Positions 9,069 to 18,315 are shown, numbered from the stretch's first letter. The stretch: 30,802 bases of DNA from Opitutales bacterium (GCA_031555005.1 JAVBUU010000064.1:1-30802); one strand, 5' to 3'. Notes: generated from the letters alone by a model not told the origin. Program-made: numbers and translations.

Positions 9069-9746
9069 TCAGTAATTCAAATTGTGCGGCGCGGCGTCCG
9101 CAATCGGGAGTGATATTTCACGTATTTGACCCCGGTGGTTCAGGGTTAGTTTCATGAAAATCGAGGAATTGCCGGTGACGTCGCCGGCTTTCGGCGATTC
9201 GCCGAGTTCCGTCCATGCGTTGTTTTCGCCGTCGTAGGCGGAAAAGGAAATCGCGGCGACCCACGGCGAAAGCGTGAATTCATGCACGCCGGCGGGCGAG
9301 TCGCGTTTTTCGGCGTCGGTGCGCCAGCGCATGACGAGGCCGGTGCCTTGGCGAAATTCGAGCCATGCGTCGATGTTGCCGAGCGGTCGCGTGTCGGAGA
9401 GCAAAAATTCCGGCGAACCGGTGATGCGTAAATACGGGAGTTCGCCGCCGTCCGGCGTTGCTTTGAAAACGTTCGCGGCGGTTCGCGGCGTGCCCCGGGT
9501 GTTTTCGGATTCGGTCGTTTCGGCGATGCATTCTTCCAGCGTGCGCCGGAGTCCGTCAACATGCCGGTCGAACAGCGGGTCCTCGGTTTGCGCGGCCCAG
9601 TAGCCCATCAGTTGAAACGCAAGCGTCGCGAGCACGGCGAGCAGCGTGCCGAGCAGGGCGACGGCGACGAGTGTTTCGGCGAGCGTGAAGGCTTTGCGGC
9701 GCCGGCAAAATAATTTCGTATCCGTTTTTTTAATACAATTCGGCAT
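9069..9746 (-). CDS. gspJ: Minor pseudopilin GspJ
   Basis: Class III signal RRRKA|FTLAETLVAVALL. The start is reassigned to ATG 9746 because the 9944 start overlaps gspI. Position between gspI and gspK fits. Confidence 0.8.
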   Translation of the reverse strand: MPNCIKKTDTKLFCRRRKAFTLAETLVAVALLGTLLAVLATLAFQLMGYWAAQTEDPLFDRHVDGLRRTLEECIAETTESENTRGTPRTAANVFKATPDGGELPYLRITGSPEFLLSDTRPLGNIDAWLEFRQGTGLVMRWRTDAEKRDSPAGVHEFTLSPWVAAISFSAYDGENNAWTELGESPKAGDVTGNSSIFMKLTLNHRGQIREISLPIADAAPHNLNY

Positions 9747-9757
9747 GACGAATTTTT

Positions 9758-10189
9758 TTAAAATCTGTCGCTCGGGTGCTGCGTTTTGAATTCGGACAGC
9801 TTCGCGGAGCGTTGCGTCGCGTCGGACCACTCCGGACGAAATGCCGAAAGCGTCATCGTTTCCGCGGTGCCGTCGCCCCAATTGAAAGTCAGCGCGACTT
9901 GGTGCAAATCCGGCAAATCGGTTTGTTCGAGTTGCGCTGTCCAATTCACGTTGTCGCCGCCGTCGAGCGTGACGCTGCCGCCGGTTTGCACGGCTTCGAT
10001 CGTTGTCGCCGCCATGACGCGTCGCAGCACGAAGCGCTTGGCTTCGGCGCGGGCGGACTCATCGCGCATGTCGATTATCGCGGTTTGGACATTGGCGACG
10101 ATTTGCAGCAGCATCGTCGCCGTCAGCCCGAATATCGCGAGCGCGATAAGGACTTCGGCGAGCGTGAAGCCGGCGCGCCGGTTTTTCAT
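9758..10189 (-). CDS. gspI: Minor pseudopilin GspI
   Basis: 143 aa. RRAG|FTLAEVLIALAIF motif; size and position fit GspI. Confidence 0.85.
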   Translation of the reverse strand: MKNRRAGFTLAEVLIALAIFGLTATMLLQIVANVQTAIIDMRDESARAEAKRFVLRRVMAATTIEAVQTGGSVTLDGGDNVNWTAQLEQTDLPDLHQVALTFNWGDGTAETMTLSAFRPEWSDATQRSAKLSEFKTQHPSDRF

Positions 10190-10698
10190 TTTACCGCCTC
10201 CGCCGCGCCGGAAAACGGCTCGATTTGATACCGGTAAACCGCGCCGCCGATTTCCATTTCGACGCGTGCCGGCGTGACGCCGCCGGCGGCGGAAAACGCG
10301 ACACAGGGAAATTCGCCGGATTTTTCGGCGCGCAACGAGCCGCCGCCGGTGTCTTGCGGACGCGTAAAACGGACGTCTTTCACCGGCGAATCGCCGAACG
10401 GGAACGACTTTATTTCCTCGCCGGCGGCATTGCGTAAAATGAGTCCGGTTTCTCCGCCGGCATAATAAAGAAAGCAGTCGCCGTGGCCGTTGGCGGACTC
10501 ATACCACGCGGTATCGAGCGCTTCGCGCAAAGTCTCGTAAGGCGATTTTTTGCCGGCGGAGTCGAGCATTTCGCCGATGCCGACAACGACAATGCCGCCG
10601 ACAATCGCGACAAGGGACAGGACAATCAGCAACTCGACGAGCGTGAACGCGCGCCGCCGGGGAGAATGCGCCGATTCGCTGTTACCGAGGCCGGGCAT
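10186..10698 (-). CDS. gspH: Minor pseudopilin GspH
   Basis: 170 aa. RRRA|FTLVELLIVL motif and C-terminal VAFSAAGGVTP. Follows gspG and overlaps gspI by 4 bp. Confidence 0.82.
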   Translation of the reverse strand: MPGLGNSESAHSPRRRAFTLVELLIVLSLVAIVGGIVVVGIGEMLDSAGKKSPYETLREALDTAWYESANGHGDCFLYYAGGETGLILRNAAGEEIKSFPFGDSPVKDVRFTRPQDTGGGSLRAEKSGEFPCVAFSAAGGVTPARVEMEIGGAVYRYQIEPFSGAAEAVK

Positions 10699-10712
10699 TT
10701 GGCGTTAACTTA

Positions 10713-11165
10713 TTATTCCCAATTGCCGATATCGTCGGCGGTGCCGGATTGTCCGTCCGGTCCGGTGGTCCAGACGTCGTAACCGCGCGGGTTGTGCGCG
10801 CCGGGGCAGGCGTATTGATAGGGGCGTTTCCACGAATCAAGCAGGGCGGAATTCCCTTTGAGGTAAGGGCCTTTCCAGCGATCGGCACTGTCTTCCGGCG
10901 CGACGAGCAAGGCGCTCAGGCCTTGTTCAGTGGACGGATACGTGCCGGTGTCCGTGCGATATTTGAGCAGCGGCAGGTTGAACGAGTCTTTGACTTTGAT
11001 GCTTTCGATTTTTTCTTCGCCGGTGTTCAGCACGTCGCCGAGCTGCGTCAACGCGATTCCGCCGACCATCATGATCAGCACGAGGACAATGAGCATTTCA
11101 GCCAATGTGAATGCGCGGCGTTTGCGGGAGAGTCGGTTCCGGAGGGCGGATTTGTAACGATGCAT
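10713..11165 (-). CDS. gspG: Major pseudopilin GspG
   Basis: 3' end of the 629-aa track ORF; the true start is ATG 11165. RRA|FTLAEML motif plus YRTDTGTYPSTEQGLSALL, WKGPYL, DSWKRPYQY and the Ca-binding GPDGQSGTADDIGNW. Confidence 0.95.
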   Translation of the reverse strand: MHRYKSALRNRLSRKRRAFTLAEMLIVLVLIMMVGGIALTQLGDVLNTGEEKIESIKVKDSFNLPLLKYRTDTGTYPSTEQGLSALLVAPEDSADRWKGPYLKGNSALLDSWKRPYQYACPGAHNPRGYDVWTTGPDGQSGTADDIGNWE

Positions 11166-11278
11166 GGGGAAATCGGATTGGTTTAAAAAGAAACACCGCG
11201 CCGGCGGCAAGGTTTCAAACCGGGATTCGGCGTTACCCCCGGGCGCTTTCTTAATGCTTAAATCATAATTTTGATGTT

Positions 11279-11306
11279 GAGCGCGGAGCGCGGAGCGGTG
11301 AGCGTT
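11279..11306 (+). repeat. Four tandem degenerate heptamers GAGCGCG-GAGCGCG-GAGCGGT-GAGCGTT
   Basis: Read directly from the sequence. Ends 9 nt before the prfA ATG. Confidence 0.75.
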
Positions 11307-11315
11307 GCGCATTTT

Positions 11316-12437
<1,122 letters not shown>

Positions 12438-12445
12438 AAAGATTT

Positions 12446-12471
12446 GTAGGGGCTCGCTCTCCCGTGAGACC
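12446..12471 (+). repeat. GTAG-initiated REP-like palindrome in the convergent prfA/methyltransferase gap
   Basis: GTAG followed by an imperfect GC-rich hairpin (CTCGC/GTGAG stem). Only one copy is visible in the window. Confidence 0.35.
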
Positions 12472-12486
12472 GAGGCGCGCCGAAAA

Positions 12487-13101
12487 TCAAGCGGATATGC
12501 CGCTCGCGAGCCACGGGCGCGCGGTTTGTTCGGGGTCGCCGTGAAAGGAAAAATTAAAACCGCCGGCGGTAATTTCGTTTTGTATCCTGTTTTTAACGAC
12601 AATCGCTTCGTCCGCGCCGCCGGCGTGCGCCGGATAAACCAGCAGCGACAATAATCCGCCGGGACGCAAAAGCTTTTTAGCGTGATTCAGCGCCGTCAGC
12701 GTCTTTTCCGGTTTTGTGATGATTTTTTCATCGCCGCGCGGCAAATAGCCCAGATTGAAAAATATCGCGGCAACATTGCCGGCGAGCGATTCCGGCAAAT
12801 GCGCCGGCATCGTCTCGTGACCGGCGCGAATGAGCGTTACGCGGTTTTCGAGATTCAGTTTTTTTAACCGGATTAACGTCGCGTCGAGCGCGGGTTGCTG
12901 AATGTCGAATGCGTAAACGTGCCCGGCGTCGCCGACGATGCCGGCGAGAAACGCCGTGTCGTTCCCGTTGCCGGCGGTGGCGTCGATTGCGATGTCGCCG
13001 GGGCGCAGGACGGCGGCGGCGATCTCGCGGGCTTTTAAGGTGGCGCGGATATTCCGGTCGTACGATTCCGGCGATCCGGATTTTGCCGGGAGATTTTGCA
13101 T
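12487..13101 (-). CDS. mnmM: Class I SAM-dependent methyltransferase, YtqB/MnmM family (putative tRNA mnm5s2U34 methyltransferase)
   Basis: 204 aa. IDATAGNGNDT, VYAFDIQ, GHE, FNLGYLP, LLRPGG and VYPAHAGGADE match the YtqB/MnmM pattern. Substrate assignment is by family only. Confidence 0.75.
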   Translation of the reverse strand: MQNLPAKSGSPESYDRNIRATLKAREIAAAVLRPGDIAIDATAGNGNDTAFLAGIVGDAGHVYAFDIQQPALDATLIRLKKLNLENRVTLIRAGHETMPAHLPESLAGNVAAIFFNLGYLPRGDEKIITKPEKTLTALNHAKKLLRPGGLLSLLVYPAHAGGADEAIVVKNRIQNEITAGGFNFSFHGDPEQTARPWLASGISA

Positions 13102-13137
13102 TATCGATGCGGCGGGTGCGCAACCGGAACGGTTGCG

Positions 13138-15117
13138 TTACATTTTAAAATGTTTCCGCGCACGCGCCATCGCCATGAGGGGGAAATAGTGCCGATACAT
13201 GTTGTAATTCAGCATGAACCCGCGCGCGAGTTCCTTGCCTTGCGCGAGCGCGCTTGTGTCGCCGGAAAGCCGGATGCGTTCGCCGACGCCGTAGCCGGGG
13301 AAGCCCGTGCCGGTGTATTCTTTTTCTTCCCAAGTGCCCTCTTTTTGCGTCGTGAGCAGGAAATCCAATCCGCGCCGGATCGCGTCGTCATGTTCGTGCG
13401 TGTTGCCGGCGAGAATCGCCATGAGCGCCCAGCCGGTTTGGGATGCCGTGCTTTTCCCGACGCCGCGCAGCGAGTCGTCCATGTAGGAGCCGCAGCTTTC
13501 GCCCCAGCCGCCGTCGGCGTTTTGTTTGGAGCAAATCCATGTAATTGCTTTCCGGATACGCGGGTCATTCATGTCGAATCCGACCGCTTGCAGTCCCGGC
13601 AAAACGAGCGCGGTGCCGTAAATGTAATTCACGCCCCAGCGTCCGAACCACGGGCCGTCCGGTTCCTGTTCGCGCATGACGTAATCGACGGCGCGTTTGA
13701 CCGCCGGGTCGTCGAGGCCGTAGCCCATGAGGCCGAGGGCTTCGAGTTTGTGGCCGGTGAGGTCGGCGCTGGGCGGGTCGAGCACTTCGCCGAAATCGCA
13801 GAAGGGGATTTTGGTGAGTGCGGCGGTGTTGTTGTCTTTGTCAAACGCGCCCCAACCGCCGTTGCTTGATTGCATGGCGCGGAGCCAAACTTCGGCGCGC
13901 CGGAAGGCTTCGTCGATGCGCGCGCGGTATTTTTCCGGCGCGAGTTTTTTCATTTGGCAAAGAATCGTGAGCGCGACGGCGGTGTCGTCCAAATCCGGGT
14001 AAAAGGTGTTGGCGCGCTCGAATGCCCAGCCGCCGCATTCGACGTTTTTCACCGTCACGGCCCAGTCGCCGGGCGTCGTGATTTGTTTGTCCAAGATGTA
14101 TTCGAGCGCCTTTTCGAATTGCGGGAAACTTTCCCAAGTTTCGCCGGCGTCGAGAATTGCCTGCATCGAAAGCATCGTGTCCCAGACCGGCGACTCGCTC
14201 GCCTGAACGTGCAGCGCGCCGTCGCGTTCGAACGTCCAATGCCGGTTAAGCGCGTCGAGTCCGCGCGCCATGACGGGATGGTCGAGGCGGTAACCTTCGG
14301 TGTGCAGCGAGAGCAGCGCATAAATCCAAGGCGGTTGAATGCCGCCCCAGGCGCCGTCGGCATCCTGGTGCTTAATGATCCATTCAAGCGCGATTTTTAT
14401 CGAATTCTCGCGACCGGGTTTCCACGGGAGTTTTTGCCAAAGATGGAGTGCTTTGTCGGCGCACCGGAAAAATGTCGGCCACGGGCCGGACAAAAGTTTG
14501 GGCATCGCGTAATCGAAATTTTCGCGGCCTTCGGGGAAAAGTTCGTCGAGTCGCCGGTCCGCCGGCAACGGGCGCACCGGCCGGCGCACGGACACGATGC
14601 TCATGGACATGAATGTCGCGCGTGCCCACGAGGCGAATTTGTAAATGCTGAACGGGATAAAATTCGGCAGGCGGATGATTTCCGGCGGGATCACCGGCAG
14701 GGTTTCCCAGGGCCATTCGCCGATTGTCGCGAGCCAGAAGCGGGTGAACATGCGGATTTTTTTTAAGCCGCCGTTTTTCAAAATCCACTCGCGCGCGCGG
14801 CGCACGGGTTCGGCGTCCGGCGCGTAGCCGGCGGAACGCAGGGCGGCGTAGCATTCGACCGTCGTGTTGATGTCGCCGAGCGGCGCGCCGTAATAAACGT
14901 CCCACGAGCCGTCGGGGCGCTGGCATTGCAAGATGGCGGCAAGGATTCGCGGGTATTTCGGATCGTCGGTAATGCCGAGAAACCGGAATGCCAAAATCCA
15001 TTGTGCTTCCATGCAGCAATTGGTTTCGAGCACCTCGTTCCAATAACCTTCGGGGTGTTGGGTTTTTGCGAGTCGGTCGAGGGCGTTGCGAATGCCGGTG
15101 TCCAAGGAAATTGCCAT
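13138..15117 (-). CDS. shc: Squalene-hopene cyclase
   Basis: Catalytic DXDD motif (YPDLDDTA), QW repeats (QRPDGSW, QDADGAW, QSSNGGW, QEPDGPW, QNADGGW), IPFCDFGE and GRWGVNYIYGT. ATG 15117 gives 659 aa, a typical length, so it is preferred over 15258. Confidence 0.96.
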   Translation of the reverse strand: MAISLDTGIRNALDRLAKTQHPEGYWNEVLETNCCMEAQWILAFRFLGITDDPKYPRILAAILQCQRPDGSWDVYYGAPLGDINTTVECYAALRSAGYAPDAEPVRRAREWILKNGGLKKIRMFTRFWLATIGEWPWETLPVIPPEIIRLPNFIPFSIYKFASWARATFMSMSIVSVRRPVRPLPADRRLDELFPEGRENFDYAMPKLLSGPWPTFFRCADKALHLWQKLPWKPGRENSIKIALEWIIKHQDADGAWGGIQPPWIYALLSLHTEGYRLDHPVMARGLDALNRHWTFERDGALHVQASESPVWDTMLSMQAILDAGETWESFPQFEKALEYILDKQITTPGDWAVTVKNVECGGWAFERANTFYPDLDDTAVALTILCQMKKLAPEKYRARIDEAFRRAEVWLRAMQSSNGGWGAFDKDNNTAALTKIPFCDFGEVLDPPSADLTGHKLEALGLMGYGLDDPAVKRAVDYVMREQEPDGPWFGRWGVNYIYGTALVLPGLQAVGFDMNDPRIRKAITWICSKQNADGGWGESCGSYMDDSLRGVGKSTASQTGWALMAILAGNTHEHDDAIRRGLDFLLTTQKEGTWEEKEYTGTGFPGYGVGERIRLSGDTSALAQGKELARGFMLNYNMYRHYFPLMAMARARKHFKM

Positions 15118-15279
15118 TTTGCCGAGTGAATCGAAAAACGGGTGTTTAGGAATAAGAAAGTTCCGGCGGGCGGACGGGGCGCTCCGTCTTCGGCGGTCTC
15201 CGCCGGCCGGCGAACGGGGGCGGCGAAATCCTAAATTTCCGCTTTCCAAGTCCGGCAAAGCCCTTAGCTTTCCGCGCCC

Positions 15280-15813
15280 ATGTCAGACTGCCTTTTTTAC
15301 GTATTTGCGGCGATGACGCTGTTTTCGGCGTTGTTTGCGGTTGCGGGCAAAAATCCCGTTAACGGCGCAATGGGAATGATTCTCGCGCTCGTCGGCGTGG
15401 CGGCGAATTTCTTTTTGCTCGACGCGCCGTTTTTGGGCGTGCTGCAAATCATGGTTTATGCCGGCGCCGTCATGGTGCTGTTTTTGTTTATCATCATGTT
15501 GCTCGACGCCGATGCTGCCGGGGCGCGCAAGTTCGATTGGAAAAAATTCGTGCTCGGCGCGTGCGTTTTGGCGGTCGCCGGCGGCGTGATGTTTTGGCTC
15601 GTGAATTTGAGCGGCGGGTTGCCGGCAACGGCGGCGCCGGAAATTACCGCGACGCCGGCGGCCGAAAATCCGGCGGCATTTGCCTCCGGCGCGAAATCTT
15701 TCGGCTATTTGCTTTTCACAAAATACATGCTGCCGTTGCAAATCGCCGGCTTCCTGCTGCTGATTGCGATGATCGGGGTGGTGGCGTTGAGCCGGAAGCA
15801 CGAGGAAAAATAA
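15280..15813 (+). CDS. nuoJ: NADH-quinone oxidoreductase subunit J
   Basis: 177 aa with five hydrophobic segments and the signature QIMVYAGAVMVLFLFIIMLL. Confidence 0.93.
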   Translation: MSDCLFYVFAAMTLFSALFAVAGKNPVNGAMGMILALVGVAANFFLLDAPFLGVLQIMVYAGAVMVLFLFIIMLLDADAAGARKFDWKKFVLGACVLAVAGGVMFWLVNLSGGLPATAAPEITATPAAENPAAFASGAKSFGYLLFTKYMLPLQIAGFLLLIAMIGVVALSRKHEEK

Positions 15814-15873
15814 AAGATAAAAATTAAAAAAGAGGCACACGCCGGCGAATGAATCCGGCGCGAACCTTGAAAT

Positions 15874-15899
15874 CTAACCGCTTTAAAACTAACCGCTTT
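15874..15899 (+). repeat. Direct repeat CTAACCGCTTT x2 (15-bp period) just upstream of nuoK
   Basis: Exact 11-mers at 15874-15884 and 15889-15899. Confidence 0.7.
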
Positions 15900-15903
15900 T
15901 CCA

Positions 15904-16209
15904 ATGACCGTCGGACTTCATCATTTTATCACGCTGGCGTGCCTGCTCTTCGTTGTCGGGCTTGCCGGCGTCCTCACGCGCCGGAACACGCTGATTATTT
16001 ACATGTCGCTCGAATTGATGTTGAGCGCGGCGACGCTCGCGCTTGTGGCGTTTTCGCGATACAACAACAGCATGGACGGCGCGATTTTCGTTTTCTTCAT
16101 CATCACCGTCGCGGCGGCGGAAGTGGCGGTCGGGCTGGCGTTGATTGTCGCGCTGTTTCGGAAACGCCGATCGGTGTGCGTCGATGCGCTGAACGAGCTG
16201 AAAAATTAA
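15904..16209 (+). CDS. nuoK: NADH-quinone oxidoreductase subunit K
   Basis: 101 aa with SLELML and [14 protein letters not shown] (both conserved glutamates). Confidence 0.95.
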   Translation: MTVGLHHFITLACLLFVVGLAGVLTRRNTLIIYMSLELMLSAATLALVAFSRYNNSMDGAIFVFFIITVAAAEVAVGLALIVALFRKRRSVCVDALNELKN

Positions 16210-16218
16210 CGTTACGGA

Positions 16219-16331
16219 GGGTCAGAGAGGAGAGCGTCAAAGGGGCAAAGGATTTCGAGATTCAATGCCGATAAAATTCAAACTTGCGCGCTTTCTTTCC
16301 TTTGTCCCTCAGCCCCTTTCCCCTTTGACCC
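16219..16331 (+). repeat. 34-bp ungapped imperfect inverted repeat (purine arm and pyrimidine arm) with a 45-nt loop between nuoK and nuoL
   Basis: Arm 16219-16252 against arm 16298-16331 gives 26 Watson-Crick pairs, 3 G-U pairs and 5 mismatches by manual alignment. The arms are built from ~7-nt units. Confidence 0.75.
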
Positions 16332-16343
16332 TTTCTTTTTACA

Positions 16344-18284
16344 ATGAACTTCGATTCTCCTGAATGTTTGCTTTCGCTCATGCTTGCCGTGCCGTTGTGC
16401 GCGGCCGGCATTTCGGGGTTGTTTTTCCGAAAGAGCCGGCACGGTGCGCCGGTTGTTTCGTGTCTCGCCGCCGGAATGATGCTCGTGTGCGCGTTGAAAC
16501 TGCTGCTTTCGTTTGGAGAGCCCGGCGCCGGCGGCGTGTTTCTCGCGTCAAATTACGAGTGGTTGAAACTCGGTTCGTTTAATTTGAACATCGGTTTTCT
16601 GATCGATCAAAACGCGGCGACGATGTTGTTCGTCGTGACGTTTGTGGCGTTTTGGATTCATATTTTCAGCGTCGGCTACATGGACGACGACAAGGCGCGA
16701 GGGCGATTCTTTACCGGGCTGTCGATCTTCATGTTTTCGATCACCGGCATTGTCGTTGCGAACAATTTGCTGATGACGTTTATCTTTTGGGAATTGGTCG
16801 GATTCAGCTCCTACATGTTGATCGCGCATTATTTTGACAAAGATTATGCGGCGGCTGCGTCGAAAAAGGCGTTTATCGTAAACCGTGTCGGCGATCTCGG
16901 GTTTCTTGTCGGCATCGTGCTTTGCCAAGCGAATTACGGCACGACGGATTTGTCCGCGCTGCAAACGATTTTTGCCGGTGCCGGTTTTGAAAAAAGCACG
17001 CTGATCGGGTTGCTGCTGATGTGCGGTTTCCTCGGAAAATCCGCGCAATTCCCGCTGCATGTCTGGCTCACGGACGCGATGGCCGGCCCGACGCCGGTGT
17101 CCGCGCTCATTCACGCGGCGACGATGGTGGCCGCCGGCGTTTATTTCATGGTGCGCATGTTCTTCATGCTCGCCGACCCCGTGCTCGACGTGATGCTTTG
17201 GTCGTGCGCCGGCATGGCGGCATTGGGCGGTTTGTGCGCGCTCGGACAAAAAGACATCAAGAAAAGTTTGGCCTACTCGACGCTTTCGCACCTCGGATTC
17301 ATGGGTGCGGCGATCGGGCTGCGTTTGCCGGAAATCGCGCTTTTGCACATGGCGATGCATGCCTTTTTCAAGGCGACGCTTTTCCTTTGTTCCGGCAGCG
17401 TGATTCACGCCTGTCACCACGAACAGGACATGACGAAGATGGGCGGTTTGGCGAAAAAAATGCCGCTGACGTTTTTGTCCTTCCTGATTGCCGGGCTTTC
17501 GATTTGCGCGTTCCCGTGGTTCGCCGGTTGGTATTCCAAGGACATGATTTTGTCGGGCGCGCTGCTTGCCGGTAATTGGCCGGCGTTCGCGCTCTTGATT
17601 GTCGCGGCGCTCGGTTCCGCGCTTTATACCGGGCGCATGACGCAACTGGTTTTCTTCGGAAAATCGCAAAGCGACAATGCCTCGCACGCGCACGAAAGCG
17701 GGCTGTGGATGACGGTGCCGTTGTTCGTGCTCGGCGTTGTTTATTCGCTCGGCGCGGGGTGGGGACTTTCCGGCGGCAAAGCATTCCTTTGGCTCGACGG
17801 CAAATTCAACGGCTTGCTGCCGGTGACGGTTTTCGGCTCGTTCGAGCACAAATATCACGAACTGCACCACGCGCTCGCCGGCGTCGAAGTTGGCGGTTTC
17901 ACTTATGTCGAATTGATGTTGGCCGTCGGGTTGGCGATTCTGCTTATCGGCGGCGCCGGCGCGTTTTTCTTCTACGGCACGGTGCGCGGCGCGGATGCGC
18001 TGCAACGCAAAATGCCGGGACTTTATCACGCGCTCGAGTTCCGTTGGACGGACACGCTTTACGATTGGTATGTCGCCAAGGTGCAACAGCCGATCGCGAA
18101 CGCCGTCGGCTTTGTCGACGTGTTTTTCGTGAACGGCGTCACGGTGCGCGGTCTCTTCGGCGGCATTCCGGCGATATTGGGGCTGATGAGCCGGCGTTTG
18201 CTGCACGCCGGCAACCTGCACGGCTACGTTTACTGGTTCGCGCTCGGCGCGCTGCTCTACGGCGCGGTGATGTTCTTCGCCTGA
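16344..18284 (+). CDS. nuoL: NADH-quinone oxidoreductase subunit L
   Basis: 646 aa. FWELVGFSSYMLI, GKSAQFPLHVWLTDAMAGPTPVSALIHAATMV, MHAFFKATLFL, and the long C-terminal lateral-helix extension. Confidence 0.96.
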   Translation: MNFDSPECLLSLMLAVPLCAAGISGLFFRKSRHGAPVVSCLAAGMMLVCALKLLLSFGEPGAGGVFLASNYEWLKLGSFNLNIGFLIDQNAATMLFVVTFVAFWIHIFSVGYMDDDKARGRFFTGLSIFMFSITGIVVANNLLMTFIFWELVGFSSYMLIAHYFDKDYAAAASKKAFIVNRVGDLGFLVGIVLCQANYGTTDLSALQTIFAGAGFEKSTLIGLLLMCGFLGKSAQFPLHVWLTDAMAGPTPVSALIHAATMVAAGVYFMVRMFFMLADPVLDVMLWSCAGMAALGGLCALGQKDIKKSLAYSTLSHLGFMGAAIGLRLPEIALLHMAMHAFFKATLFLCSGSVIHACHHEQDMTKMGGLAKKMPLTFLSFLIAGLSICAFPWFAGWYSKDMILSGALLAGNWPAFALLIVAALGSALYTGRMTQLVFFGKSQSDNASHAHESGLWMTVPLFVLGVVYSLGAGWGLSGGKAFLWLDGKFNGLLPVTVFGSFEHKYHELHHALAGVEVGGFTYVELMLAVGLAILLIGGAGAFFFYGTVRGADALQRKMPGLYHALEFRWTDTLYDWYVAKVQQPIANAVGFVDVFFVNGVTVRGLFGGIPAILGLMSRRLLHAGNLHGYVYWFALGALLYGAVMFFA

Positions 18285-18315
18285 GATTCGTAACAATTTT
18301 TCGGAGAAAAAACAA

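Noticed and set aside
12487-13101. PrmC/HemK or hopanoid methylase (HpnP/HpnR) identity for the methyltransferase
   Set aside because: It has no NPPY motif and is too short for PrmC. It has no CxxxCxxC radical-SAM or B12-binding domain. Its motifs match YtqB/MnmM.
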